A stretch of 64,000 nt of DNA from an uncultured Trueperaceae bacterium (GCA_937873495.1 CALMXZ010000011.1:344808-408807); one strand, 5' to 3'; counted from the stretch's first letter, positions 19,804 through 29,505 are shown. The notes: generated by a model from the letters alone, not told the origin. Translations and numbers: made by a program.

Positions 19804-20581
19804 CCGGGCGGTCGCGCTCCCGCGCGCCACGGGTCGCGTCAAGTCGTTCGTGACGCTCGCGCTGGTGGCCGCCCTGTTCATCGTGGCCTTCGGCCAGACG
19901 AAGTTCAACCTCGGAGCGCTGTTCACGGGCGCCTCGGACTTCTTCCGTTTCTTCGGCCGCCTGACGCCCGACCTGACGGCGTTGCCGCAAATCTGGCCGC
20001 CGCTCCTCCAGACCATCCAGATCGCGTACGTCGCCACGATCATCGGGGCCGTCATCGCGATACCGCTCGTGTTCCTCTCGTCGGCCAACACGGCCGTCGA
20101 CCCCGTGTCCATGTGGATAGCGCGCACGCTCCTTACCGTGCTGCGCAGCATCCCCGACCTGCTGTGGGCCGCCCTGTTCGTGGCCGTGCTCGGCCTGGGC
20201 GCCCTCCCCGGCGTCGTCGCGCTCACGCTCTTCTCGGTGGGCGTGCTCGCCAAGCTCGGCTCGGAGACGGTCGAGTCCATCGACCCCGGCCCGCTGGAGG
20301 CGCTCAAGGCCGTCGGCGCCGGCCGCAACCGCACCATCGTCTTCGCCGTCGTGCCGCAGATCGCGGCGACCATGGTCTCCTACATGCTCTACGTGTTCGA
20401 GATCAACGTGCGCGCCAGCGTCGTGATCGGCTTCGTCGGCGCGGGCGGCATCGGGGTCCTCCTACAGACCTACATGAACTTCTTCGACTACCCGGGCCTC
20501 GGCGCCCTCATCCTGGTCATCTTCATCGTCGTCCTCGCCATCGACGGGCTCAGCGTCTGGGCCAGGTCGCGGCTCATCTAG
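19796..20581 (+). CDS. phnE: ABC transporter permease, PhnE-like
   Basis: 261 aa, 6 TM permease typical of PhnE. Overlaps the phnC stop. Confidence 0.8.
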   Translation: MPDRAVALPRATGRVKSFVTLALVAALFIVAFGQTKFNLGALFTGASDFFRFFGRLTPDLTALPQIWPPLLQTIQIAYVATIIGAVIAIPLVFLSSANTAVDPVSMWIARTLLTVLRSIPDLLWAALFVAVLGLGALPGVVALTLFSVGVLAKLGSETVESIDPGPLEALKAVGAGRNRTIVFAVVPQIAATMVSYMLYVFEINVRASVVIGFVGAGGIGVLLQTYMNFFDYPGLGALILVIFIVVLAIDGLSVWARSRLI

Positions 20582-20589
20582 GGGCGTAA

Positions 20590-21408
20590 GTGAACGCGAC
20601 TCGTCCGCTCCCAACCCATGTGCCGCCCGCTCCGGCGCACGTGCGCCGGAACCGCACCCTGCTCATCGCCGGCGTCGTGGTCCTCGTTGCGCTCTTCGTC
20701 CTCGCCATCGCCACCATGAGCCTGCCGACCTGGTCGCGCGTCGTCAGCGGCCTGCAGCGCAACGCCCTGCCGCTCCTGCGCGGGCTCGTGCGGCCGGAGA
20801 CCAAGGTCTTCGAACTGGCGTGGAACTCGATGGTCGTCACCTTCTTCATGGCCATCCTCGGCACGGCGCTCGGCGCCTTGCTCGCCTTCCCCCTCTCGTT
20901 CATCGCGGCGGGCAACCTCCTCGGCGGCACGCGCTGGGCGCTGCCGGGCAAGGCGCTGCTCGTGGCGGTGAGGACGTTCCCTGAGATCGTCCTGGCCGTC
21001 ATCTTCGTGGCCGCCGCCGGCCCCGGCCCCACGGCAGGCATCATGGCCATGGGCATCCACTCGATCGGCTACCTCGGCAAGGTCTTCTCGGACGTCATCG
21101 AGGGGATCGACCAGGGTCCGATGGAGGCGATCCGCGCCGCCGGGGGCAACCAGCTCCACACGTTCCTCTTCGCCGTGGTGCCGCAGGTGCTGCCGGAGTT
21201 CGCCTCCAACGTGCTCTACCGCTTCGAGATCAACCTGCGCTCGGCCGCCGTCCTCGGCATGGTCGGCGCCGGCGGCATCGGCCTGCCGCTCATCCAACGC
21301 CTGCAGTTCCGCCGTTGGGCGGAGGTGTCGATGTTCCTCATCGTCATCGTCGTGTTCATCATCGTGGTCGACGCGCTCAGCTCGCGGGTCCGCCGCCGGC
21401 TCGTCTAG
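20590..21408 (+). CDS. phnE: ABC transporter permease, second PhnE-like
   Basis: 272 aa paralogous permease immediately downstream. Confidence 0.8.
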   Translation: MNATRPLPTHVPPAPAHVRRNRTLLIAGVVVLVALFVLAIATMSLPTWSRVVSGLQRNALPLLRGLVRPETKVFELAWNSMVVTFFMAILGTALGALLAFPLSFIAAGNLLGGTRWALPGKALLVAVRTFPEIVLAVIFVAAAGPGPTAGIMAMGIHSIGYLGKVFSDVIEGIDQGPMEAIRAAGGNQLHTFLFAVVPQVLPEFASNVLYRFEINLRSAAVLGMVGAGGIGLPLIQRLQFRRWAEVSMFLIVIVVFIIVVDALSSRVRRRLV

Positions 21409-21440
21409 CGCGCGCCGCCCATCCAAGCGCGCGGCGTGGC

Positions 21441-21887
21441 ATGATCGCTTGGATGAGCGACTACCCACCAGCCACGCGCGCCCGCCTGCTCGACGCGGCG
21501 GCGGAGGTCCTCCTGGCCACCGTCGCGGCCGACCGCACGGGCGTGATCGCCTACTACCGCGAGGTGATGGCCGCCGGCCGCTACCTCTACGACGCCCAGC
21601 GCAAGTACGCCCACAACGCGCTCATCGCGGCCCTCTTCGAGCACACCTACTCGGACGAGGAGCGCGAGGGCGACGACGAACCGCTCACCAAGGAGCGCCT
21701 GCTCGCGCGGCTAGCCGAGGTCGGTGAGGCCCTCCACGACGACGAGGAAGGCGCCGAGTTCAAGACGTTCCTCTTCGAGCTGGCCGAGCGCGTCGCCAAG
21801 GCTTCCGGCGGCTTCTGGGGCGGCATCAGCCCGGACGAGGCCGCGTTCCTGGCGGAGCTGAGGCGCCTCCTCAAGCTGCAGGGCTGA
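21441..21887 (+). CDS. Hypothetical soluble acidic protein (149 aa)
   Basis: ATG start MIAWMSDYPP…. High GC3, no recognised domain. Confidence 0.4.
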   Translation: MIAWMSDYPPATRARLLDAAAEVLLATVAADRTGVIAYYREVMAAGRYLYDAQRKYAHNALIAALFEHTYSDEEREGDDEPLTKERLLARLAEVGEALHDDEEGAEFKTFLFELAERVAKASGGFWGGISPDEAAFLAELRRLLKLQG

Positions 21888-21892
21888 GGAGC

Positions 21893-23137
21893 GTGACGGG
21901 TCGCTGGGTCTGGGGCCTGGCGCTCGGCTGCTTCGTGCTGGCGGCCGGTACCGGCGCGTACTACCGCTTCAAGCTCGTCTATGCGTTGCCCGGCGTGCTC
22001 GAGTACGTCAGGCACGCCCATTCGCACCTGATGTTCTTCTCGTGGGTGACGCCCGTCCTGGTGCTGCTCGTGGGGGCGTACCTGGCGCGCGAGGGCTTGA
22101 GACCGCGGCTCTTCGGCTTCACGGCCGCCCTCGCCGCCTTCAGCGGGCTCGCGACCTACCTGCCGTTCCTGAAGAGCGGCTACCACCTGATGGTCGTCGG
22201 CTCCAAGGCCCTGCCGATCTCGATGATGATCTCGGGCGCCAACGGCGTGGCGTGGTACCTGTTCGTCGCCGCGTACCTGGTCGCGACGTGGCGCGTCGAG
22301 CGCCGGCCCGTGCTCCGGCTGCTCGACGGCGCCGTGGCGATGATCGTGGTCAGCACGGTCGCGATAGCCGGGCTCGCCTACCTCGGCATGAGCGGCCAGG
22401 TGGCGCGGCCGCTCATGCTCGCGCTCGTCGACTGGTTCCTCACGTGCTTCGCCGACGGTTGGTTCGGCCTCGCCGTGCTGGCGTTGGCTGCCAGGCACGC
22501 GCTGCGGGCCGGGCTGAGCCGCGCGCCCGTCGGACTGGCGGCCTGGTCGCTCGTGGCCGCCATCGGCGTGCGCAGCGCCGCCCGCTTCGCGACCGACGGG
22601 CTCGGCTGGCCGTGGCCGGCGGGGGTCGACGCCGTCGCGAGCGCGGTCGCCGCCCTCGCCTGGCTCGTGCTCGTGCGCGCCGTGTGGCCCGTCGACCCGG
22701 AAGCCGGGTTGAGGGGAAGCACGTTGTGGCTCCGGCAGCTCGCCCTGGCGCTCCTCGGGCTCAAGGGGGTGGTCGAGCTCGCGGGCGCGCTGCCGGTGGT
22801 GCGCGCGGAGCTGATGGCCGCGCCGTTCCACGTCTTCTTCCTCCACGCGTTCCTGCTCGGCGCGGTGAGCTTCTCGCTCCTGTACGGCGTCCGCACGGCC
22901 ATCGCGCCGACGGCCTTCAAGGGGGCGACCGCCTTCATCGTCGCGGTGGGGGTGATGGTCGGCGCGCTGGTGACCCTGACGCCGGTCTGGCCGAGCGCCA
23001 TGGCCGGCCCCTGGGTGCTCTACGCGACGGCGGTCACGAGCCTCGGGCCGCTGCTCGTGGCATTGCAGGCGCTGCTCAGGCTCGACCTCGGGTCCGGCTC
23101 CAGAGCCACACGACCGCCAGCAGCAGCGCGAAGGTGA
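21893..23137 (+). CDS. Polytopic membrane protein, possibly NnrS-family-like
   Basis: 414 aa with about 12 TM segments. His-rich segment YVRHAHSHLMFFSW. GTG start after GAGGAG. The 3' end overlaps the convergent MFS gene by about 60 nt. Confidence 0.45.
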   Translation: MTGRWVWGLALGCFVLAAGTGAYYRFKLVYALPGVLEYVRHAHSHLMFFSWVTPVLVLLVGAYLAREGLRPRLFGFTAALAAFSGLATYLPFLKSGYHLMVVGSKALPISMMISGANGVAWYLFVAAYLVATWRVERRPVLRLLDGAVAMIVVSTVAIAGLAYLGMSGQVARPLMLALVDWFLTCFADGWFGLAVLALAARHALRAGLSRAPVGLAAWSLVAAIGVRSAARFATDGLGWPWPAGVDAVASAVAALAWLVLVRAVWPVDPEAGLRGSTLWLRQLALALLGLKGVVELAGALPVVRAELMAAPFHVFFLHAFLLGAVSFSLLYGVRTAIAPTAFKGATAFIVAVGVMVGALVTLTPVWPSAMAGPWVLYATAVTSLGPLLVALQALLRLDLGSGSRATRPPAAARR

Positions 23138-24233
23138 GGACGGACAGGGCGCTTGGCACCACCCGCACCCCCCACGCGTTCACCACGGCACCGATGATGG
23201 GCGCGCTCAAGGCGGGGCCGAAGTTGGCGGCCGCCACCACGACGGGCGTGACCTGCTCGGCGCGCTGCGGGAAGACCTCCGTGAGCCACGCCAGCGCGGT
23301 CGGGAAGATGGGCGCGAGGCTGAGGCCGACGAGCACGTAAGCGATGGGCGCGCTCTCGACGCGGTGCGCGGCCACCATGAACACGAGCGTGGCGGCGCTC
23401 GCGACCAGCACGAAGTGGTGCGTCCGGATCCGGGCGGAGAGCGGCGCGGCCAGCAGGCGCCCGGCCGTTATGGCGAGCCAGTAGAGCGACGTGAACGCCC
23501 CTGCCCTCGCGCCGAAGGCGGGCGTGAGGTACTCCGTCTCCCACGACGTGACGCCGACCTCGGCCGAGACGTAGAAGACGTAGAGGAGCACGAACCCGAC
23601 CAGGCTGCCCCAGGCGACCGGAGCCGCGCCACGTTCTGGCAGCGTCACGTCCGGCACGCCCAGGCGACCGAACCACGGCAACAGCAGGACGGCGACCAGG
23701 GCGGTGGCAGCGAACGCCCAGCCGTAGTGCGGCTCCATGAACGTGACGAGGAGCGGGCCTGCCACGGCCCCGACACCGAAGGCGGCGTTGATGATGTTCA
23801 ACGCCGGCGCCGCCTTCGGGCGGAACACGACCGCGATCATCAGGTTGCCGCTCACGTTCAGGAGCCCGGCCCCCGCCCCGGCCAGCACGGCGCCGCCGAG
23901 GACGGCCAGCCAGACGGGGGCGACGGCCACGACGCCCACGCCGAGGGCGAGGGTGACGCAGGCGGCGAGGAGCACGCGGCGGTAGCCGAGCGCCCTCAGC
24001 AGCAGCCCGGACAGGATGATGCCGAGGAAGGCCCCGAGGAACTGGGCGCTCACGACCATGCTCACCTGCTCGAGGCCGATGCCGAAGCGCTCCCTGAGGA
24101 GCGGGAAGGCCGGGCCGTACAGGGCCTGGACCGCCCCGATGAGGAAGAAGGCCGCGACGGCCGCCCAGAGGACGGCTTGGCGAGTGGGGGGCAGGGAGGT
24201 GGCGGGCTTGAGCGCCCCGAGCTGGCTAGACAT
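23076..24233 (-). CDS. MFS transporter
   Basis: 385 aa, 12 TM major-facilitator pattern. Confidence 0.75.
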   Translation of the reverse strand: MSSQLGALKPATSLPPTRQAVLWAAVAAFFLIGAVQALYGPAFPLLRERFGIGLEQVSMVVSAQFLGAFLGIILSGLLLRALGYRRVLLAACVTLALGVGVVAVAPVWLAVLGGAVLAGAGAGLLNVSGNLMIAVVFRPKAAPALNIINAAFGVGAVAGPLLVTFMEPHYGWAFAATALVAVLLLPWFGRLGVPDVTLPERGAAPVAWGSLVGFVLLYVFYVSAEVGVTSWETEYLTPAFGARAGAFTSLYWLAITAGRLLAAPLSARIRTHHFVLVASAATLVFMVAAHRVESAPIAYVLVGLSLAPIFPTALAWLTEVFPQRAEQVTPVVVAAANFGPALSAPIIGAVVNAWGVRVVPSALSVLTFALLLAVVWLWSRTRGRA

Positions 24234-24333
24234 GTCCAGCGAATCTACCGCGCCGGAGAGTAACGGCGTCGCCTTCCGATGATGCCGAGTCGGGCGGGTA
24301 TACTTACCACTCGGTTACTCTCGGAGGCACCTC

Positions 24334-27051
24334 GTGGTGAACGGCATCCAACAGATCAACGAACTGCGCGAGAAGTACCTGCGCTTCTTCCAGGACCGCG
24401 GGCACCTCGTCCACCCGTCCGCGTCGCTGAAGAGCGACGATCCGACCCTCATGTTCACGAGCGCCGGCATGGTGCAGTTCAAGCCGTACTTCCTCGGCGC
24501 CACCCCCAAGTTCGCGGGCGTGAGCGGCACGTGGCACCGCGTGACGACCGCGCAGAAGTGTCTTCGCATCAACGACATAGAGAACGTCGGGCGCACCCTG
24601 CGCCACCATTCGTTCTTCGAGATGATGGGCAACTTCTCGTTCGGCGACTACTTCAAGGCGGAGGCGGCCGCCTGGGCGTGGGAGTTCGCGACCTCGAGCG
24701 AGTACCTTGGGCTCGACCCGGAGCGGCTGTACGTCACGGTCTACCAGGACGACGACGAGGCGTTCCGCATCTGGAGCGAGCAGGTCGGCGTGCCGGCTGC
24801 GCGCATCTCGCGCTGGGGCGAGGACGACAACTTCTGGCCCGCCAACGCCGTCAGCAAAGGCCCCAACGGCCCGTGCGGGCCATGTTCCGAGATCTTCTAC
24901 GACCGGGGCCCCGGCTTCGGCTCCGAGGGCGAGTCCGGGCCGAACACGGGCTCGGGCGATCGCTACATCGAGTTCTGGAACCTCGTCTTCACGCAGTTCG
25001 ACCGGCGCGACGGCGGCCACCTCGAGCAGCTGCCCCAGAAGAACATCGACACGGGCCTCGGCTTCGAGCGCCTCGTCGCGGTCATGACCGGGCTGGAGGA
25101 CGCGTACGCCACCGAGCTGTTCCAGCCGACCATCCGGCGCGTCGCCGCCCTCTCCGGCGTGCCGTACGCCGGCAAGACCTCCGTCTCGCACCGCGTGATC
25201 GCCGACCACCTGCGCGCGGTTACGTTCGCTATCACCGACGGCGTGCTGCCCGCCAACGACGGAGCCGGCTACGTCGTGAAGATGCTCGTGCGCAGGGCGT
25301 CGCGCCACGCCTGGCTGCTCGGCCTCCGCGAGAGCGTCCTCCACACGCTCGTCGACCAGGTCGTCGAGGCGATGGGCGAGCCGTACCCGGAGCTGAAGGA
25401 CGGCGCCCGGCGCGTGGCAGGCATCATCCAGGCCGAGGAGGAGCAGTTCCTTCGCACCCTCGAGGCGGGCATCCAGCGGGTCGGCGTGCTCCTCGACGAC
25501 CTCCATGGCTCCGTCCTGCCGGGCGACGTGGCGTTCGACCTGTGGCAGACCTACGGCTTCCCGCTCGACCTGACGAGCGAGATGGCGGCCGAGCGCGGCG
25601 TCGAGGTCGACGCCGACGGCTACGAGGCCGCCCGCGAGCGCGCGCGCGAGCTGTCACGCGGCGGCACGGTGGGCCGCGAGCTCTTCGCCGCGACGTCGGA
25701 CGCTCTCGGCAAGGTGGCCGAACGCGTCGGCGAGACGGAGTTCCTCGGCTATGGGCAGACGGAGGGCGAGGCGACCGTCGTCGCACTGGTGACCCCTGGC
25801 GACGCCGCCGAGGAGACGGACGCTCTGCACGAAGGCGCGACCGGCACGGTGATCTTAGGCCGCACGCCCTTCTACCCGGAGGGCGGCGGGCAGGTCGGCG
25901 ACGCCGGCGTGCTCGAGTGGGAGGGCGGCAAGGCCGTCGTGAGCGGCACGAGCAAGTCGCGCCACGGGCTCACCCTCCACCACGCCCGCGTCGCGCGCGG
26001 CACCCTGACGCGGGGTCAAGGCGTCGTCGCGCGCGTCGACCCGGCGCGCCGCGAGACGGAGAAGCACCACTCCGCCACCCACCTCCTGCATGCGGCCTTG
26101 CGCAGCGTGCTCGGCGCCCACGTGGCGCAGGCGGGCTCGCTCGTGGCGGCCGACAGGTTGCGCTTCGACTTCTCGCACCCGCACGCCGTGAGCTCGAGCG
26201 AACAGCGCCGGGTCGAGGAGTTGGTGAACCAGTGGATCCAGGCGGACGTGCCCGTCGAGTGGCGCGTGGTGCCTATCGCGGAGGCCCGTGCCGCGGGGGC
26301 CATGATGCTCTTCGGCGAAAAGTACGGCGAGAACGTGCGCATGGTGAGCATGGGCTCGCCGTCTCACGCGGTATCGCGCGAGCTGTGCGGCGGCACCCAC
26401 GTCGCGCGGACCGGCCAGATCGGACCGTTCGTCATCGTCGCCGAGGAGGCGGTGTCCTCCGGGGTTAGGCGCGTCGAAGCGCGGGTCGGGGCGTCCGCGC
26501 TGCGCTACCTGCAGGAGCTGCGCGACACCCAGGGGCGCCTCGCCGCGCACCTTGGCGGACGCCCGTCCGAACTGGAAGAGCGCCTGACGAAGCTTCAGTC
26601 CGATCACAAGGAAGCGTTGAAGGAGGCGGCGCGCCTGCGCGATCGCCTGGCCGCCGCGCAGACGAGCGCGGGCGGGGCGGGCAGCGAGACGCGGGAGGCC
26701 GGCGGGTACAAGTACCTGACGGCGCTGCTCGACGGCCTTGACGCGAACGCCCTACGCAACGCAGCCGATGCGCTCCTCACGAAGAGCGGGGCCGACGTGG
26801 TCGCGGTTGCGTCTGGCAACGCGCTCGTCGTGAAGGTCTCCCCCGCCGCGCAGGGGCGCGGCGCCGACGCGGGTCGCATCGCACGGGCGGCGGCAGCCAG
26901 CGTCGGGGGCAGCGGCGGCGGCCGCGCCGACATGGCGCAGGCCGGCGTCAAGGACGCGGGCCGCTTGGGCGAGGCCCTGGCCGCGGTCGGTCTAGCGCTC
27001 GCCGAGAGCGCCGGGCCGAGCGCAGCCGCGAGCCGGGCCAAGGGCGCCTGA
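24334..27051 (+). CDS. alaS: Alanine--tRNA ligase
   Basis: 905 aa. Class II aaRS motifs plus the HxxxH / CxxxH editing domain (HSATHLL…CGGTHV). GGAGG RBS. Confidence 0.95.
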   Translation: MVNGIQQINELREKYLRFFQDRGHLVHPSASLKSDDPTLMFTSAGMVQFKPYFLGATPKFAGVSGTWHRVTTAQKCLRINDIENVGRTLRHHSFFEMMGNFSFGDYFKAEAAAWAWEFATSSEYLGLDPERLYVTVYQDDDEAFRIWSEQVGVPAARISRWGEDDNFWPANAVSKGPNGPCGPCSEIFYDRGPGFGSEGESGPNTGSGDRYIEFWNLVFTQFDRRDGGHLEQLPQKNIDTGLGFERLVAVMTGLEDAYATELFQPTIRRVAALSGVPYAGKTSVSHRVIADHLRAVTFAITDGVLPANDGAGYVVKMLVRRASRHAWLLGLRESVLHTLVDQVVEAMGEPYPELKDGARRVAGIIQAEEEQFLRTLEAGIQRVGVLLDDLHGSVLPGDVAFDLWQTYGFPLDLTSEMAAERGVEVDADGYEAARERARELSRGGTVGRELFAATSDALGKVAERVGETEFLGYGQTEGEATVVALVTPGDAAEETDALHEGATGTVILGRTPFYPEGGGQVGDAGVLEWEGGKAVVSGTSKSRHGLTLHHARVARGTLTRGQGVVARVDPARRETEKHHSATHLLHAALRSVLGAHVAQAGSLVAADRLRFDFSHPHAVSSSEQRRVEELVNQWIQADVPVEWRVVPIAEARAAGAMMLFGEKYGENVRMVSMGSPSHAVSRELCGGTHVARTGQIGPFVIVAEEAVSSGVRRVEARVGASALRYLQELRDTQGRLAAHLGGRPSELEERLTKLQSDHKEALKEAARLRDRLAAAQTSAGGAGSETREAGGYKYLTALLDGLDANALRNAADALLTKSGADVVAVASGNALVVKVSPAAQGRGADAGRIARAAAASVGGSGGGRADMAQAGVKDAGRLGEALAAVGLALAESAGPSAAASRAKGA

Positions 27052-27066
27052 GCCGCCGGCGGCAGC

Positions 27067-27927
27067 ATGCTTGACCCAGCGCCGTTCACCGGCTCACCAC
27101 CCCGACTGCCTTCGGGCGCGCCGTTGCCGCGGCTGATCGCATGCGACATGGACGGCACGCTGCTCGACCCCGACGGCAGGGTGAGCGAGCGCACTGCGGC
27201 GGCCCTGCGCGCGGCGCGGGCGCGCGGCGCACATGTGGTCCTAGCGACGGGCAGGCCGATCCGCACCTCGGTGCCGATCGCCTCCGAGCTCGGCATCGGC
27301 GACACCGTCGTGGCGTACAACGGGGCCGCCATGCTCTGGCGCGGCGAGTTCAAGCTCGTCCGCGAGCTCGATACCCTCGCAGCCACCGGCGCCCTCGCCC
27401 GGATGCGCGCCTTCGCGCCGGACGCCAGCCTGGCGCTCGAGACGGCGGACGGCTGGTTCCTCGAACCGGCGACCGGCGTAGACGCGGTGCGGCCGACGGG
27501 GAAGCTCGCCCACCTCTACCGCGGCGGCCCGCCCCTGGCGGTCGGGCCCCTCGAGGCGTTCTTCGGCGGCGGGCTCATCAAGCTGAACGTGGTGCACGAG
27601 GAGCTCCACCCGTCGCGCCTCGCGGCCGAGCTGGCGGGCCTCGACCTGGTCGGGATGTGGAGCCTCCCGTTCCTCCTCGAGGTCCACGACAGGCAGGTCG
27701 ACAAGAGCGTGGCGTTGGCATGGCTTTGCGACGAACTCGGCATCGCCCCGGGGGAGGTCGCGGCGTTCGGCGATCAGCAGAACGACAGCGGCATGCTCGC
27801 CTGGGCGGGCGTCGGTGTGGCCATGGGCAACGCCGAGCGGGAGGCGCTCGAGGTGGCCGACGTGCTCGGGCCGCCCAACTCCGAGGACGGGCTAGCGCAG
27901 GTCGTGGAGAGCTGGCTGCGTGCCTGA
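27067..27927 (+). CDS. Cof-type HAD-IIB family hydrolase
   Basis: DMDGTLL motif I, the GRP… motif, and GDQQND motif IV. Confidence 0.8.
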   Translation: MLDPAPFTGSPPRLPSGAPLPRLIACDMDGTLLDPDGRVSERTAAALRAARARGAHVVLATGRPIRTSVPIASELGIGDTVVAYNGAAMLWRGEFKLVRELDTLAATGALARMRAFAPDASLALETADGWFLEPATGVDAVRPTGKLAHLYRGGPPLAVGPLEAFFGGGLIKLNVVHEELHPSRLAAELAGLDLVGMWSLPFLLEVHDRQVDKSVALAWLCDELGIAPGEVAAFGDQQNDSGMLAWAGVGVAMGNAEREALEVADVLGPPNSEDGLAQVVESWLRA

Positions 27928-28417
27928 CGCGCAGGACCGACCGCTCGGGCCGGCGGACCCGGCGGACCGGCTTCCGGTCGGCGCAAGGCTGATAGCCCTC
28001 GACGTCGGCGACGCGCGCATCGGCGTCGCTGCCGGGACCGTCGGCTCGCTCCTCGCGTTCGGCAAGGGCGCGCTGGACCGCCAGGGGACCCGCAAGGACG
28101 TCCCGGCCGTGCTGGCGAGGGCGGCCGAGGAAGGGGCGGCTGCCGTAGTGGTCGGCATGCCAGTAAGGCTCGACGGCAGCGAGTCGCCCCAGACGGAGCG
28201 GGTGCGGCGGTTCGCCGCCGCGCTGAGCGAGGCCGGGGCCACCGTGGTCTTCGAAGACGAGCGCCTCACCACACGCATCGCGCAGCGGCAGGTGAGCGGC
28301 TCCGAGCTGCCGCGGTCGCGCAGGCAGGTGAAGGGGCTTCTGGACGAGGCCGCCGCGGTGCAGATCCTCGAGTCGTACCTGAAGCGCGTTGGCGGCTCCG
28401 GCGCGGGACCGGCGTGA
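27920..28417 (+). CDS. ruvX: Holliday junction resolvase-like / pre-16S rRNA nuclease YqgF
   Basis: LIALDVGDARIGVA motif. Conserved alaS-ruvX-mltG arrangement. Confidence 0.85.
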   Translation: MPDAQDRPLGPADPADRLPVGARLIALDVGDARIGVAAGTVGSLLAFGKGALDRQGTRKDVPAVLARAAEEGAAAVVVGMPVRLDGSESPQTERVRRFAAALSEAGATVVFEDERLTTRIAQRQVSGSELPRSRRQVKGLLDEAAAVQILESYLKRVGGSGAGPA

Positions 28418-29505
28418 GCGACCGCGGCGCAGAAGATACCGCCAAGGCCGCGGGGCCACCCTCCCGTAAGCGCCGCGGCCGCGGGCTGGCGCTCACCCTG
28501 CTGATCGTCGTCGTGCTCGGCGCGCTCGGGTTGAGCGCCGTGCGCTTCGTGCTCTCGCCCGTCAGCGCGACGACCGCGACCGTGGAGTTCGAGGTCCTGC
28601 CCGGCTGGGGCGGGGCGCGGATCGCCGACGCGCTGGAGGCGGCCGGGCTCGTGCGCTCCGCGCTGGCGTTCGAGGTCCTCCTGCGCCTCACCGAGCTGGA
28701 CCGCAAGATGGGCGAGGGTCTCTACGACCTCGCGCCCGCCATGAGCAGTCGCGAGATCGCGGCCGCGTTGGCCGCGGGCGGGCGGCCGCGCACGGTGCGC
28801 ATCGTGATCCCGGAGGGCTGGCGCGCCGCCGCCGTTGTCGCGCGCCTCGCGGCCAACGGCCTCGGCGAGGAGCCCGAGCTCGCCGCTCTCGTGCGCTCGC
28901 CCGGGGAGCTGGCGCCGCCGGGGTTGCCGGAGGGCGCCTCGCTCGAGGGGTACCTCTTCCCCGCCAGCTACGACCTGCCCGTGCGTACGAGCGCGTCGCA
29001 GGCACTCGCCGCGCTGGTCGCCCGCTTCGAGGACGAGCTGACGGGCGACGTCGTGGCCGACCTCGCCGCCAGCGGGCTGCGGGTGCACGAGTGGGTGACG
29101 CTCGCGAGCATGGTCCAGGCAGAGGCGGCGTCGGTCGAGGAGATGCCGATCATCGCCGGGGTGTTCCGTAACCGCCTCGACGACGAGATGCTGCTGCAGT
29201 CCGACCCGACCGTGGCGTACGGGCTGGGCAAGGCGCTCCCCGAGCTCGACGCCCTGGCGGGCGACCTGCGCAAGGACACGCCGTGGAACACCTACACGCG
29301 GCCGGGCCTGCCCGAGGGCCCGATCGGCAACCCGGGGCGCGAGGCGCTGCTGGCCGTGCTGGAGCCGCAGCGCCTCGACCCGAACGGGGTGCCGTACCTC
29401 TACTTCCTCCACGGAACGGACGCCGGCCAGCCCGTCTTCCGCCCCAACACGAACCTGCAGGCCCACAACCGCGACGTCGACCGCTACCTGCGCAACCGGC
29501 AGTAG
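28414..29505 (+). CDS. mltG: Endolytic murein transglycosylase MltG (YceG family)
   Basis: N-terminal TM anchor then YceG domain (…IPEGW…, EGYLFPASY, QSDPTVAYG). Confidence 0.85.
   Translation: MSDRGAEDTAKAAGPPSRKRRGRGLALTLLIVVVLGALGLSAVRFVLSPVSATTATVEFEVLPGWGGARIADALEAAGLVRSALAFEVLLRLTELDRKMGEGLYDLAPAMSSREIAAALAAGGRPRTVRIVIPEGWRAAAVVARLAANGLGEEPELAALVRSPGELAPPGLPEGASLEGYLFPASYDLPVRTSASQALAALVARFEDELTGDVVADLAASGLRVHEWVTLASMVQAEAASVEEMPIIAGVFRNRLDDEMLLQSDPTVAYGLGKALPELDALAGDLRKDTPWNTYTRPGLPEGPIGNPGREALLAVLEPQRLDPNGVPYLYFLHGTDAGQPVFRPNTNLQAHNRDVDRYLRNRQ

Noticed and set aside
24279-26468. 729-aa alternative plus frame and 400-aa minus frame inside alaS
   Set aside because: Arg/Gly/Pro-rich frame-shadows of the alaS coding sequence.
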